From: a virus
Taxonomy: Duplodnaviria > Caudoviricetes
IMG/VR virus record: IMGVR_UViG_3300027863_001761
Coordinates: 1-46,014 of that record
Length of the DNA stretch: 46,014 bases
Strand: one strand, 5' to 3'
Every line of letters starts with the position of its first letter. Position 1 is the stretch's first letter. Positions 35,565 through 44,437 of this stretch are shown here, piece by piece. The notes beneath the pieces were generated by a model, which saw nothing but the letters and a program-made list of their open reading frames with translations, searched no databases and was not told where the DNA came from. The position numbers and the translations under genes were made by a program.

Positions 35565-35929
35565 TGCGCACCACCACGCCAATCCCCGTCACCCAGAACG
35601 AAACCTGGGGCTTTTACGGCGCGATGTCGGAGCAGGCCAGCAACGCCTGGCCGCAGGCGTGCACCGTCATCTCGAACGCCACCGGCCAGTCCCTCGACTC
35701 GGTGCGTGCTTTCCTCGACAGCCGCTTTGGTCGGCACTTTGCCGACGACGTGCACAACGCGCTGGACGAGGGCAAGACCCTGCAGGACGCCATCCACGCG
35801 GCAACAGGGCGCTGGATGGGCTGGACGATTGGACGCCAGACCAGCAAGCAATACGGCATCCCCGTTGGGCTGCCCTACCTGACCGGCTTTGTGATTTACG
35901 CCACCGTCATGGAAGACATCGACGACTGA
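35564..35929 (+). CDS. Hypothetical prophage protein
   Basis: QNETWGFYG...FLDSRFGRHFADDV...GLPYLTGFV; coding-like codon usage. Confidence 0.7.
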   Translation: MRTTTPIPVTQNETWGFYGAMSEQASNAWPQACTVISNATGQSLDSVRAFLDSRFGRHFADDVHNALDEGKTLQDAIHAATGRWMGWTIGRQTSKQYGIPVGLPYLTGFVIYATVMEDIDD

Positions 35930-37155
35930 TCGAACGCCGCGCCATCCCCTTCGCGGGTGGCCTGCTTGCCGGTGAACTCCTCCCACCTGCGCACAATCAC
36001 GTCGACGTACTTGGGGTCGAGTTCGATCAGTCGCGCCACGCGGCCTGACTTCTCTGCGGCGACCAAGGTCGTGCCGGAACCCCCGAAGGGATCGAGCACC
36101 ACATTGCCGGGTCGGCTCGAATTGCGGATCGCACGTTCGACCAGTTCCACCGGCTTCATCGTCGGGTGCAGGTCGTTCTTCTGCGGCTTCTTGATCGCCC
36201 AGACGTCGCCCTGATCACGGTCGCCGCACCAGTGGCGTGTCGCACCCTCGGGCCATCCGTACAGGATCGGCTCGTACTGGCGCTGGTAGTCGGCGTGGCC
36301 CAGCGTGAAGGTGTTCTTGGCCCAGATGATGAAGGTCGACCACTTGCCACCGGCGGCGCGGAAGGCGGCCTGCAGCACATCCAGTTCGCTCGACGACATC
36401 GCCACGTACATCCCGCCCCGGCAATGCGCCACGGTGGGGGTCAGCGCCGCCAGCAGGAAGTCGTAGAACCCGTCGCCCAGGTTGTCGTTCAGGATCGCGC
36501 GATCCTTGCCTCGCATTTTGTCCTTCGCGCTGTTGGCGTAGTTCACGTTGTAGGGCGGGTCGGTAAAGACCATGTCCGCCACGCCGCCCTGCATCAGACG
36601 GTCGTAGCTCTCGGCTACGGTCGCGTCGCCGCACAGCAGCCGGTGCGGGCCCATGACCCAGACATCGCCCGGGCGCGAGATCGGCGTCTCGCAGACTTCT
36701 GGCACCGCATCCTCATCGGTCTGACCCTCGTTGTTCGGCTCGTCGCCCGCGATCAGTTCGGCCAGGGCGTCGGCGTCGAATCCGGTGATGTCGAGGTCGA
36801 AGCCGTCCAGCTGCAAGGCTTCCAGTTCGATCCGCAACATCGCGTCGTCCCAGCCTGCGTTCTCGGCGATGCGGTTGTCCGCAATGACCAGGGCGCGGCG
36901 TTGGGTCGGGCTCAGGTGATCGAGTACGACCACGGGCACGATCTCCAGCCCGAGTTTCTGGGCGGCAGCCAGCCGACCGTGTCCAGCGACGATGATGCCG
37001 TCACTGCCTGCAAGGATCGGATTGGTGAAGCCAAATTCGGCAATCGATGCGGCGATCTGCGCCACTTGCTCCTCGGAGTGGGTTCGCGCATTGCGTGCAT
37101 AGGGCAGCAGTTTGGCGGTTGGCCACTGTTCGATCTTGTCGGCCAGCCAGTTCAT
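35896..37155 (-). CDS. ParB-like domain plus N6/N4 DNA methyltransferase
   Basis: PYARNARTH, AGHGRL, ADNR; FTDPPYN; HPTMKPV; LDPFGGSGTT. Confidence 0.93.
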   Translation of the reverse strand: MNWLADKIEQWPTAKLLPYARNARTHSEEQVAQIAASIAEFGFTNPILAGSDGIIVAGHGRLAAAQKLGLEIVPVVVLDHLSPTQRRALVIADNRIAENAGWDDAMLRIELEALQLDGFDLDITGFDADALAELIAGDEPNNEGQTDEDAVPEVCETPISRPGDVWVMGPHRLLCGDATVAESYDRLMQGGVADMVFTDPPYNVNYANSAKDKMRGKDRAILNDNLGDGFYDFLLAALTPTVAHCRGGMYVAMSSSELDVLQAAFRAAGGKWSTFIIWAKNTFTLGHADYQRQYEPILYGWPEGATRHWCGDRDQGDVWAIKKPQKNDLHPTMKPVELVERAIRNSSRPGNVVLDPFGGSGTTLVAAEKSGRVARLIELDPKYVDVIVRRWEEFTGKQATREGDGAAFDQSSMSSMTVA

Positions 37156-38567
37156 GCCAGCACCTCATCATCAACGGTGGTGGCGCGCTCGGCGGCAACC
37201 TGTTCGAACGATTGACCTGTTGCCAGCAGCGTGACCGGCACGCCAGGGTGGTTCTGCTGAAAGCGCTTGATGGCCACATCCACGTACTCCGGTGCGATCT
37301 CCATGCTGCGGCAGACGCGACCCGTGCGCTCGGCGGCCAGCATCGTGGTGCCGCTGCCGCCGAAGGGTTCGAACACGATGTCGCCCGCGTCCGTGTAGGC
37401 CTCGATCACGAACTCCGGCAGCGCGACCGGGAACACGGCGGGGTGGTCGATGTCCTGACCGATCTTGCCCTTGTGGCGCATCACGCGGATCACGCTGTCG
37501 GGAATACGCGTGTCCTGTGTCGGCAGGCCCTTGTGCGTCCAGCCGCCGACTTCGCCGTCCTTGCCGCGCATCGCGGTGGACGACCCGTCTGCGCGCAGGT
37601 GCGATTCCTGCCCAGCGTGCTTGCAGGGCACGATCTTGTTCGGCTTGCGGGCCTCAAAGTTGAAGTGGAAGACGAACTCGAAGCTCGGCGCGAATCGACC
37701 CGCCCAGTCACCGGGCATCCCCGGCCCCTGATCCCAGACGTACCAGGCGAAACGCCGCCAGCCCTGGCTGCGCATCCAGCCGAGCCACGCGTCCCAATAC
37801 GGGATCACTTCGTTGTCGCGGTGGATGAGGCCAAGGTTGACCAGCACCTGACCGTCTCCAGCCATCGGCAAATGGGCAAACACACCGCGCATCAGGCCAT
37901 CCCAATCCTTGACACCGCCGCTGGTGTAGTCGCGCTGGTTGCCGTAGGGCGGCGAGGTGAAGCACAGCTGCGCGGCATCACCCTGCATCAGCTTGGCGAC
38001 AACGGCTGGGTCGGCGGCGTCGCCACAAATCAGGCGGTGCGAGCCGATGGCCCAGACATCGCCGGGGCGCGACACCGCCACGGCGGGCGTGTCCGGCACG
38101 TCATCCGCTGCGTCCGGTTCGTCGACGTCCGGCTCTGCCTTGGCATCGGCGTCGGTCACCTCACCGGTGAGCAGCGCCTCGATCTCGGCATCCTCGAAAC
38201 CCGTCAGGGCAAGGTCGTATCCCGCGTCGGACAGCTCGGCCAGTTCGAGCGCCAACATCTCCGCAACCCAGCCAGCGTCAAGCGCCAAGCGGTTGTCGGC
38301 GATCACCAGCGCGCGTTTTTGCGCGACAGTCAAATGGGCCAGTTCGATCACCGGCACCTGATCGAGCCCCAGCTTGCGGGCAGCAGCCAGACGCCCGTGG
38401 CCCGCGATGATGCCGTTGTCGCCATCAACCAGAACCGGGTTTGTCCAGCCGTATTCGACGATGCTGGCGGCGATCTTGGCGATCTGCGCATCGGAATGCG
38501 TGCGAGGATTGCGGGCGTAGGGAATCAGCGCCTCGACCTTGCGGTACTCGACGTTGAGCGTGTTCAA
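37152..38567 (-). CDS. ParB-like domain plus N4/N6 DNA methyltransferase
   Basis: PYARNPRTH, AGHGRL; FTSPPYG; HPAVFP; EPFGGSGTT; TTG start. Confidence 0.92.
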   Translation of the reverse strand: MNTLNVEYRKVEALIPYARNPRTHSDAQIAKIAASIVEYGWTNPVLVDGDNGIIAGHGRLAAARKLGLDQVPVIELAHLTVAQKRALVIADNRLALDAGWVAEMLALELAELSDAGYDLALTGFEDAEIEALLTGEVTDADAKAEPDVDEPDAADDVPDTPAVAVSRPGDVWAIGSHRLICGDAADPAVVAKLMQGDAAQLCFTSPPYGNQRDYTSGGVKDWDGLMRGVFAHLPMAGDGQVLVNLGLIHRDNEVIPYWDAWLGWMRSQGWRRFAWYVWDQGPGMPGDWAGRFAPSFEFVFHFNFEARKPNKIVPCKHAGQESHLRADGSSTAMRGKDGEVGGWTHKGLPTQDTRIPDSVIRVMRHKGKIGQDIDHPAVFPVALPEFVIEAYTDAGDIVFEPFGGSGTTMLAAERTGRVCRSMEIAPEYVDVAIKRFQQNHPGVPVTLLATGQSFEQVAAERATTVDDEVLA

Positions 38568-38587
38568 AGAGGATGTCCTGAAAGTAG

Positions 38588-38619
38588 AAAACCCGCCGAC
38601 GAAGCCGTGGGCGGGTTTT
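38588..38619. terminator. Bidirectional terminator-like hairpin
   Basis: AAAACCCGCC-12 nt-GGCGGGTTTT. Confidence 0.6.
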
Positions 38620-38628
38620 GGGGGTTAG

Positions 38629-38676
38629 TGCGAACTGGCGGGTGCGAACTGCGAACCGTGCGAACCTTGGTTCGCA
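38629..38676. repeat. TGCGAAC heptamer array (four direct, one inverted)
   Basis: TGCGAAC at 38629, 38643, 38650, 38659; GTTCGCA at 38670. Confidence 0.85.
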
Positions 38677-38683
38677 CCCTGAC

Positions 38684-38740
38684 GCTAAAAAAGCGCCGCG
38701 CTCGCGCCCCCCGCATTGCACTTTCGGGAGGAAGGACCCG
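38684..38740 (-). other. Candidate lambda-type cosQ/cosN site
   Basis: Minus strand CGGGTCCTTCC-N17-GGGGGGCGCGAGCGCGGCGCTTTTTT; GGGTCCT is the lambda cosQ sequence. Confidence 0.55.
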
Positions 38741-38891
38741 TCGCGATCGCGTCGGTCTGCCCCAAGTCAACTCTGTCCAGAAGATAGCTCGAATACTACG
38801 GGCAACCGGGGTGATTTGTTGCATGAGGAAAAGTCGCTCATGCCATCGCACACCATCTGGCTCGCGACTGCTCGCGCCAAAACACGCTAAT

Positions 38892-39293
38892 TCACGACGA
38901 ACGAGCAACCCCATTGAGCCTGTCGGCCACGAGCTGCAGTGCGCGCTGCCACCGCCGCCATGCCGTCGTTCGATCGCAGGCAAACCGCGTCGAGATGTCG
39001 CGCCAGCCGTATCGCTTGGCACGCATCCAGATCAGGTGCCGCTCCTCGACCTCGAGCCAGAGCACCCAGCGCATCGTCTCCAGCATCTGCTCCACCGCTT
39101 CGGGGCTTGGAGGGAAGGGTCGGTAGACCGGCTCGTCGGCCGAGAAGAGTTCCCACTGCTGGCGAACAATCTGTGGCCAGGTGTTGAAGTAGCCTTGCAC
39201 GCGCACGGGCGGCAGACGTCGTCCGGTGGTTGCGGCATCCTCGAAGCGTGCTGCGACGTCCTCGATGGTCCACAGGGTGGCGGTCCTAGTCAC
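38892..39293 (-). CDS. DUF6362-like HTH protein, putative late-gene activator
   Basis: LPPVRVQGYFNTWP; C-terminal sigma region 4-like HTH (WRDISTRFACDRTTAWRRW); position before the cos-like site. Confidence 0.7.
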   Translation of the reverse strand: MTRTATLWTIEDVAARFEDAATTGRRLPPVRVQGYFNTWPQIVRQQWELFSADEPVYRPFPPSPEAVEQMLETMRWVLWLEVEERHLIWMRAKRYGWRDISTRFACDRTTAWRRWQRALQLVADRLNGVARSS

Positions 39294-39495
39294 GGCGGCG
39301 TCCTCCCACTCCGTACAAGCGCTCGCCGATGCGGCGAACGAACTCGCGCTCGACGAAGTCCAGACGGTCGTCGGACTCCTTGACCACCAGGATGTGCTGC
39401 TCGCGCCAGCCCTGCTGCTTGACGGCCTCTACGTCGGTGGTCTCGGGCTGCAGGCGTCCGAGGGGGCAACGGTAGGAGGGGGTGTGCATCTTCAT
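39286..39495 (-). CDS. Hypothetical phage protein
   Basis: MKMHTPSYRCPLGRLQP...; AGGAGG RBS. Confidence 0.7.
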   Translation of the reverse strand: MKMHTPSYRCPLGRLQPETTDVEAVKQQGWREQHILVVKESDDRLDFVEREFVRRIGERLYGVGGRRRD

Positions 39496-39496
39496 C

Positions 39497-39973
39497 TCAC
39501 ACCTCCTGCGTCTCGATCGCCCAATGCAGGATGGCGAGCGCATCGGCTTCGTTGTCGTCACCGGGACGGTGGCCACGTTGGGTGACCGACGCGATCATCT
39601 CGTCCTTGCCGGCGTTGCCTTTGCCGGTCGCGTGCTTCTTGATCGTCCCCACGGGCACGCCCTGGTACGGGATGCCGTGGTGCTCGCACCAAGCCGTGAG
39701 GTGGCCCATGAAGCCGCCGTAGGCGTGCGCGGCATCCACGCCCGCATGCCGACGGACTTCCTCGAAGTACACCGCGTTGATGTGGTCGCAAGCCGTGAGC
39801 AGTTCGGCCAGCCAACGCTTGAAGCGCAGGAAGCGCATGCCCCCGCCCTCGAACCGCTGCGGCTTGAACTGCTCGGTGCCACTCGTGATCGTTCCGTCCA
39901 GGTGCAGCAGTGCCCAACCGGTACGGGTGCCCAGATCGAGGGCCAGGATCGTCGTATTCATCTCTTGCTCCAT
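39497..39973 (-). CDS. RuvC-like Holliday junction resolvase
   Basis: ILALDLGTRTGWA, YFEEV, IKKHATGKGNAGK, DDNEADALA. Confidence 0.85.
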   Translation of the reverse strand: MEQEMNTTILALDLGTRTGWALLHLDGTITSGTEQFKPQRFEGGGMRFLRFKRWLAELLTACDHINAVYFEEVRRHAGVDAAHAYGGFMGHLTAWCEHHGIPYQGVPVGTIKKHATGKGNAGKDEMIASVTQRGHRPGDDNEADALAILHWAIETQEV

Positions 39974-39981
39974 TTCTGGGG

Positions 39982-40080
39982 CGAGTGACGGATGTGACGG
40001 GTTTGCCGGTTACCTCTCTATCGTGTGCGTACGCGCACGCGTAAGGGGTTAATCAGTAGACCTGTCAAATCCGTCACTCG
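39982..40080. repeat. Long imperfect inverted repeat downstream of primase (candidate origin)
   Basis: CGAGTGACGGATGTGACGGGT / ACCTGTCAAATCCGTCACTCG, 19 of 21 positions complementary. Confidence 0.75.
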
Positions 40081-40088
40081 ACCCCGTA

Positions 40089-42356
40089 TCAGTCGTCTCG
40101 GTAGGGATAGCCGCCCCCGTAAGGCTTCGGACGCAGGCTGATGCCAGCCAGCGCCCGCGCACCCCCGGTCAAGCGGCACTTCTCGAACTTGCGTGTGGCC
40201 ATGAGTTCAGCGAAGCGCTTGACAGAGCCGACGTACTCGCCGGCCCGCTCTGCCCATTCACGCCAGTCGGTGAACAACTCCGACACGCCCTCGCGGTGGC
40301 TCTTGGAGAGCAGGCAACGCTCCTCGATCCACTGACCCAGTGCGTCCTCGGCCTCGAAGTACTCCTCGGTGGCAGACACCACGCACGGCGGCGGCTGCAG
40401 CCCGTCGCGCTGCCACGCGAGGCAGCCGTCGATCGCCCAGGCCAGGATCCCGTCCCGTTCGGCCAGCAGGCGCTCCGTGAGTTGGCCGTCGCGCTTCTCG
40501 GGCGGCACCGTCACCGTGAACGGGATCAGGTGGAGGCGGCGCTTCATGGCTTCGTCCACGTTGCGGATCGATGGCTTGTGGTTGCCAGCGATCACCAACT
40601 TGAACTGCGGGAAGTACTCGAAGAAGTCCTGCCGCATGAAGCGCGCCGACACCTTGTCGCCGCCGGTGATGGCCTTGACCTTGGACTCGTTCCAGCGCCG
40701 CCCCTGTTCGGTTTCGATCGATGCCACGAAGCGCGCGCCGCGCAGTCCGGCGAGGTCGGTCGGGTGCCGATCGCCGCGTGCCTCCATGAACGTGTCCATC
40801 GGCGCGCTGGTGGCGTAGTCCCCCAGGATCGTGGCCAGCGTGTTCACGAACACCGACTTGCCGTTGGCGCCCGTGCCGTAGAGGAAGAACAGCGCGTGCG
40901 CGCTGGTGGCGCCGGTCAGGCAGTAGCCGACCATGCGCTGCAGGTAGGCCTGCAAGTCCTGGTCGCCCCCGGTCACGTCGTCGAGGAACGAGCGCCAGCG
41001 CGGGCAGTCCCCTCGCGGTGTGGCCGTCGCCAACTTCGTCATCCGATCGGCGCGGTCGTGCAGACGCAGCCGACCGGTGCGCAGATCGACCACCCCGCCC
41101 GGCGTGTTCAACGCAAAGAGATCCGCGTCCCACTCCTCGGACGTTGACGAGTGACGACGGTCGGAGCGCGCCAGCCGATCCACGCCGCCCACGGTGCCGC
41201 TGGCCAGCAGCTTCGCCGCCAGTCGGTGCGAGTCGACCTTGAGCGCCGCCTCCCGGCAGATGGAGCGGATCAGGTGGTGCGACAGCAGGGTCTCGTCGGG
41301 CTGCCAGCGGCTGCCTGTCCACACCAGCCACTTGCCCCACGCCGCGCAGTACCGCCAGTCGTCGGCATAGCGCGAGGTGAAGGCCAGCGCCAAGGCATCG
41401 TCCGTCGCCCAGACCGTGGCTTCCTGCGAGCGCGCGGTGTTCAACGGCTTGATGCACATGCGTGGGCCGCAGGCGATGAACCCCTGGATGTCGAACCCTT
41501 CGTTGATGGCATCCGCCGCGTCCCAGCCGTCCGGCTTGTCGTCGGGTGGGAGCAACACGTCACAGGACGCGGCGCCCACCGTCAGGAGCGCCTGCGCAGC
41601 CGACATGGCGTACTCCCAGCCCGGCTTGTCGCGGTCGGGCCACACAAGGACGGCCTTGCCCTGCAGCGGGGTCCAGTCGGTCTTGTCCACTGGCGCGTTG
41701 GCGCCGTGCATGGCCGTGGTCGCCACGACGCCCGCACCGATCAAGGCCTGCGCGCACTTCTCACCTTCGGTCAGGACCACCGTCTCGGCCGCCACCAGTC
41801 CGGGCTGATTAAACAGGGGCCGGGGTTCGGGCGGCGCCATCTTGCGGCGCTTGGCATCCCAAGGGCGGAACTCCTTCTTCCGTCCAGGCGGGTCGTAGCG
41901 ATAGACGACCGCGATCAACTGTCCGGCGGCATCGAGGTAGTCCCACTTGGCAGTGGCCGGACCGAGGTCATCGACCAGAGCCTCCTTCTTGACCTTGCGG
42001 GTCGGCGTAGCCGGGGCGCGGCCGACCAGGTCACCGGCGTACTGCAGGACTTTCGGGAAATCCTGCGTCACGTTCACGCCGAGGTAGGCCGCCAGCAGGC
42101 CGAAGATGTCGCCACCATCGCCGGTCGCACGGTCGGTCCACAGTCCTGCCTTCTCGCCGTCGAGCACGACCTCGAGACTGTCGCCGGGGCTACCCAATGC
42201 GTCGCCGATCAGGAACTTGCCCCGGCGCTTCTTGCCCGCGGGGAACATGGCAAACAGCACCGATTCCAAGCGCGCGAGCAGGTCTGCACGCACAGCATCG
42301 CGTTCCGGCGTCACCGTCACCTCGTGAAGCGGCTCGATCTCATTGAAGTCCAGCAT
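40089..42356 (-). CDS. Primase-helicase (TOPRIM plus P4/D5-family SF3 helicase)
   Basis: LTEGEKCA, WPDRDKPG, WDAAD; YGTGANGKS; ARFMRQDFF; GNHKP. Confidence 0.93.
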   Translation of the reverse strand: MLDFNEIEPLHEVTVTPERDAVRADLLARLESVLFAMFPAGKKRRGKFLIGDALGSPGDSLEVVLDGEKAGLWTDRATGDGGDIFGLLAAYLGVNVTQDFPKVLQYAGDLVGRAPATPTRKVKKEALVDDLGPATAKWDYLDAAGQLIAVVYRYDPPGRKKEFRPWDAKRRKMAPPEPRPLFNQPGLVAAETVVLTEGEKCAQALIGAGVVATTAMHGANAPVDKTDWTPLQGKAVLVWPDRDKPGWEYAMSAAQALLTVGAASCDVLLPPDDKPDGWDAADAINEGFDIQGFIACGPRMCIKPLNTARSQEATVWATDDALALAFTSRYADDWRYCAAWGKWLVWTGSRWQPDETLLSHHLIRSICREAALKVDSHRLAAKLLASGTVGGVDRLARSDRRHSSTSEEWDADLFALNTPGGVVDLRTGRLRLHDRADRMTKLATATPRGDCPRWRSFLDDVTGGDQDLQAYLQRMVGYCLTGATSAHALFFLYGTGANGKSVFVNTLATILGDYATSAPMDTFMEARGDRHPTDLAGLRGARFVASIETEQGRRWNESKVKAITGGDKVSARFMRQDFFEYFPQFKLVIAGNHKPSIRNVDEAMKRRLHLIPFTVTVPPEKRDGQLTERLLAERDGILAWAIDGCLAWQRDGLQPPPCVVSATEEYFEAEDALGQWIEERCLLSKSHREGVSELFTDWREWAERAGEYVGSVKRFAELMATRKFEKCRLTGGARALAGISLRPKPYGGGYPYRDD

Positions 42357-42591
42357 CGGCGCCCTCTCCGGTGGCCTCGACGCTCACCTGCGTCTGCTGG
42401 GCGTTGATCCAGTCCGCGAGTTCGTTCAACTTGAAGCGCACGAGCTTTCCGACCAGGTAATGGGGCAGGCCGAGCCGGTGACGTACCTTGGGTTGGGTGA
42501 GCCAGTGCATGGGCAGGTTCAGGCACAACGCCGCCTCGCGTGCGTTGACCAGACGCTCGCCAAGCACCTGGGCCAGCGGTGAATTGCTCAT
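42340..42591 (-). CDS. Excisionase-like HTH DNA-binding protein
   Basis: LVNAREAA...LPHYLVGKLVRFKLNELADW. Confidence 0.75.
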   Translation of the reverse strand: MSNSPLAQVLGERLVNAREAALCLNLPMHWLTQPKVRHRLGLPHYLVGKLVRFKLNELADWINAQQTQVSVEATGEGADAGLQ

Positions 42592-43334
42592 GGTGTGTTT
42601 CTCCAGCACCGGTCCTGCCATTGGCACATCCGGCATTCGAAGTGGGTGGAATCGTTGAACCCGCGCGGCAGCAGTTCGTCGGCGTCGGTTGCTGAGATCA
42701 CCTTGACCGCGCGGTCCGACATGCGCTGCGCCAGTGCGGCATCGAAGGGCACCAGCTCCGCGTAGATCTCCATCGTGTCAGCATTGATCGCCGTGAAAAG
42801 CGCAGGGTGCTCGTGCAGTTCGAGATAGGCCTGGTAGACCGCCACCTGGGCCGCGTAGATCGGCTTGGCCACGGCCAGACGGTTCTTCTCGAGCTCGCGC
42901 CAGGACTTCGAGCCGAGGCACTTGTTCTCCCAGAGCGCCGGGTATCCGCAGCCCTGCCCCAGGTCCGGACCGTCGACGACCACGCCGTCGATATGCCCTT
43001 GCAGCCGTCCATCGACGGCAACGAAGCCAAACTGCTCACCGTTGGCGTTGCGCGTGCGCAGGTCGAACCCCGCGTCGCGCAGCCAGGTCACCGCACAGTC
43101 CTCGATGACGTGGCCGCGTTCAAAGATGCGAAGCAGCCGCCCATCAGGGTCACGTCCAGGATCAACCGGGGCTTGTGCGAACTCGTACTGCAGCGCGCGC
43201 TCGCACGCCATGCCCAGGCGCGAGCCGCCAAGATAGCCACGCGGTGTCTGCCGAGCGCGAGCGTGCTGCATGCCCGCGTCCACGAGAGCGGTGACCTGAC
43301 CCGACAGGCTGGCCGAGGAGTTGAAGTCGATCAT
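42588..43334 (-). CDS. PD-(D/E)XK (Cas4-like) exonuclease
   Basis: YLGGSRLGMAC, FERGH, GHIDG, WENK, QVAVYQ, CRMCQWQDRC. Confidence 0.8.
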   Translation of the reverse strand: MIDFNSSASLSGQVTALVDAGMQHARARQTPRGYLGGSRLGMACERALQYEFAQAPVDPGRDPDGRLLRIFERGHVIEDCAVTWLRDAGFDLRTRNANGEQFGFVAVDGRLQGHIDGVVVDGPDLGQGCGYPALWENKCLGSKSWRELEKNRLAVAKPIYAAQVAVYQAYLELHEHPALFTAINADTMEIYAELVPFDAALAQRMSDRAVKVISATDADELLPRGFNDSTHFECRMCQWQDRCWRNTP

Positions 43335-43819
43335 GGTTTCCCCCCTTCGGCGACCGCCCAAGGCAAGTCGTCTTCCATGTCGGCGAAGGGGCTCGCCAGC
43401 GGATCGGCCGTCGGCGGCATACCGCGCACGGTCGGGAACTTGCTCGCCTCGTGGTGCTCGACCATAGACTCGGTGTAGCAGGTGACGATGGCATCGATCA
43501 CCTGCATCGCCTCAGCTTCGGAGTACTCACCCAGCGGCTTGGCAAAGCCGATCTCGCCCGCCACCTCACCGAAAGCCTTGAGGCACTTCTTCATCGCGGC
43601 CAGTTCGACATCAGACGGATCGATCATGGCGACCTCCGTCTTGTCGATGCGGCCTTCCTTGGCGCGCAGCCAGTTGCGGTACAGCGCATGGAACGCGTCC
43701 TGGCAACGGCGCGAGCAGAACACCCAGTCGATGGGGTAGCGCCGAGGATCGCCCACACCGTGTCGGTTGTCGGTGTGGCCGAATCCCCGCGCCTGACGTT
43801 CGCAGACCCAGCATTTCAC
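43331..43819 (-). CDS. DUF6511-like Zn-finger protein
   Basis: CWVC...FCSRRCQ motif; DDLPW tail; GTG start. Confidence 0.7.
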   Translation of the reverse strand: MKCWVCERQARGFGHTDNRHGVGDPRRYPIDWVFCSRRCQDAFHALYRNWLRAKEGRIDKTEVAMIDPSDVELAAMKKCLKAFGEVAGEIGFAKPLGEYSEAEAMQVIDAIVTCYTESMVEHHEASKFPTVRGMPPTADPLASPFADMEDDLPWAVAEGGKP

Positions 43820-43828
43820 GCGTCCCCC

Positions 43829-44434
43829 TCATTGAGCCCAGGCGGGTTTGCCCGGGATGGCAGGACGCGCGGCTTGCGGCGCCGGGGCGGAAACACGCGA
43901 CCGCGCAGTGGGCACGGCAGCGCCGGGCGCGCCACCGATGGCCTGCAGGTAGTCGGGCTGGTCGGGCTCGACGGCCATCTTCACGACGTTACGCAGTTCG
44001 CCTCGGCCGTCCTTCTCGACGTCGATGCGCGCGACGAACTCCAGGCCGTCGAGCTCGTGGAAGCCCTGAATGCGGCGGGCAGCCGCGGCCTGGGGCGAGT
44101 TGTCCTGCGGGCGAACGTTGCGCGCGCTGTTGAGTGCGGCACGGAGGAAGGCCCGCCCCATATTGGCCCACGCCGGCCCCTTCGGACTGTGCAAGCCGAT
44201 GTTAGACCACAGCTTGCGGCGTGCGTACTCACCCTCCAGCACGACGAACTCGCAGGCCAGGTAGACCGATCCGGTCTCGAAGCTCTGCGTGGCGTAACCG
44301 CCGGTCCAGCCCTGGGCCGCGTCGTCGTGGCCACCGGGCTTGATCGTCATGCGCACGCGGGCGACGGTGCCTTTGGGGATGAGGTCGAAGCTCTGCTGCT
44401 GTTCGGCGTCGTTGAAATCGTGCCAGTTGGACAT
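43829..44434 (-). CDS. Phage ssDNA-binding-like protein (DUF669-like)
   Basis: FDLIPKGT...EFVVLEGEYARRKLW...; Pro/Ala tail ending KPAWAQ; follows the AAA gene. Confidence 0.7.
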   Translation of the reverse strand: MSNWHDFNDAEQQQSFDLIPKGTVARVRMTIKPGGHDDAAQGWTGGYATQSFETGSVYLACEFVVLEGEYARRKLWSNIGLHSPKGPAWANMGRAFLRAALNSARNVRPQDNSPQAAAARRIQGFHELDGLEFVARIDVEKDGRGELRNVVKMAVEPDQPDYLQAIGGAPGAAVPTARSRVSAPAPQAARPAIPGKPAWAQ

Positions 44435-44437
44435 GGC

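Noticed and set aside
38629-38676. Short repeats as a mini-CRISPR
   Set aside because: 7-bp units with 0-7 bp spacing are far too short
42588-43334. Cas4-like nuclease as evidence of CRISPR-Cas
   Set aside because: No repeat-spacer array or other cas genes; it sits in a normal phage recombination module
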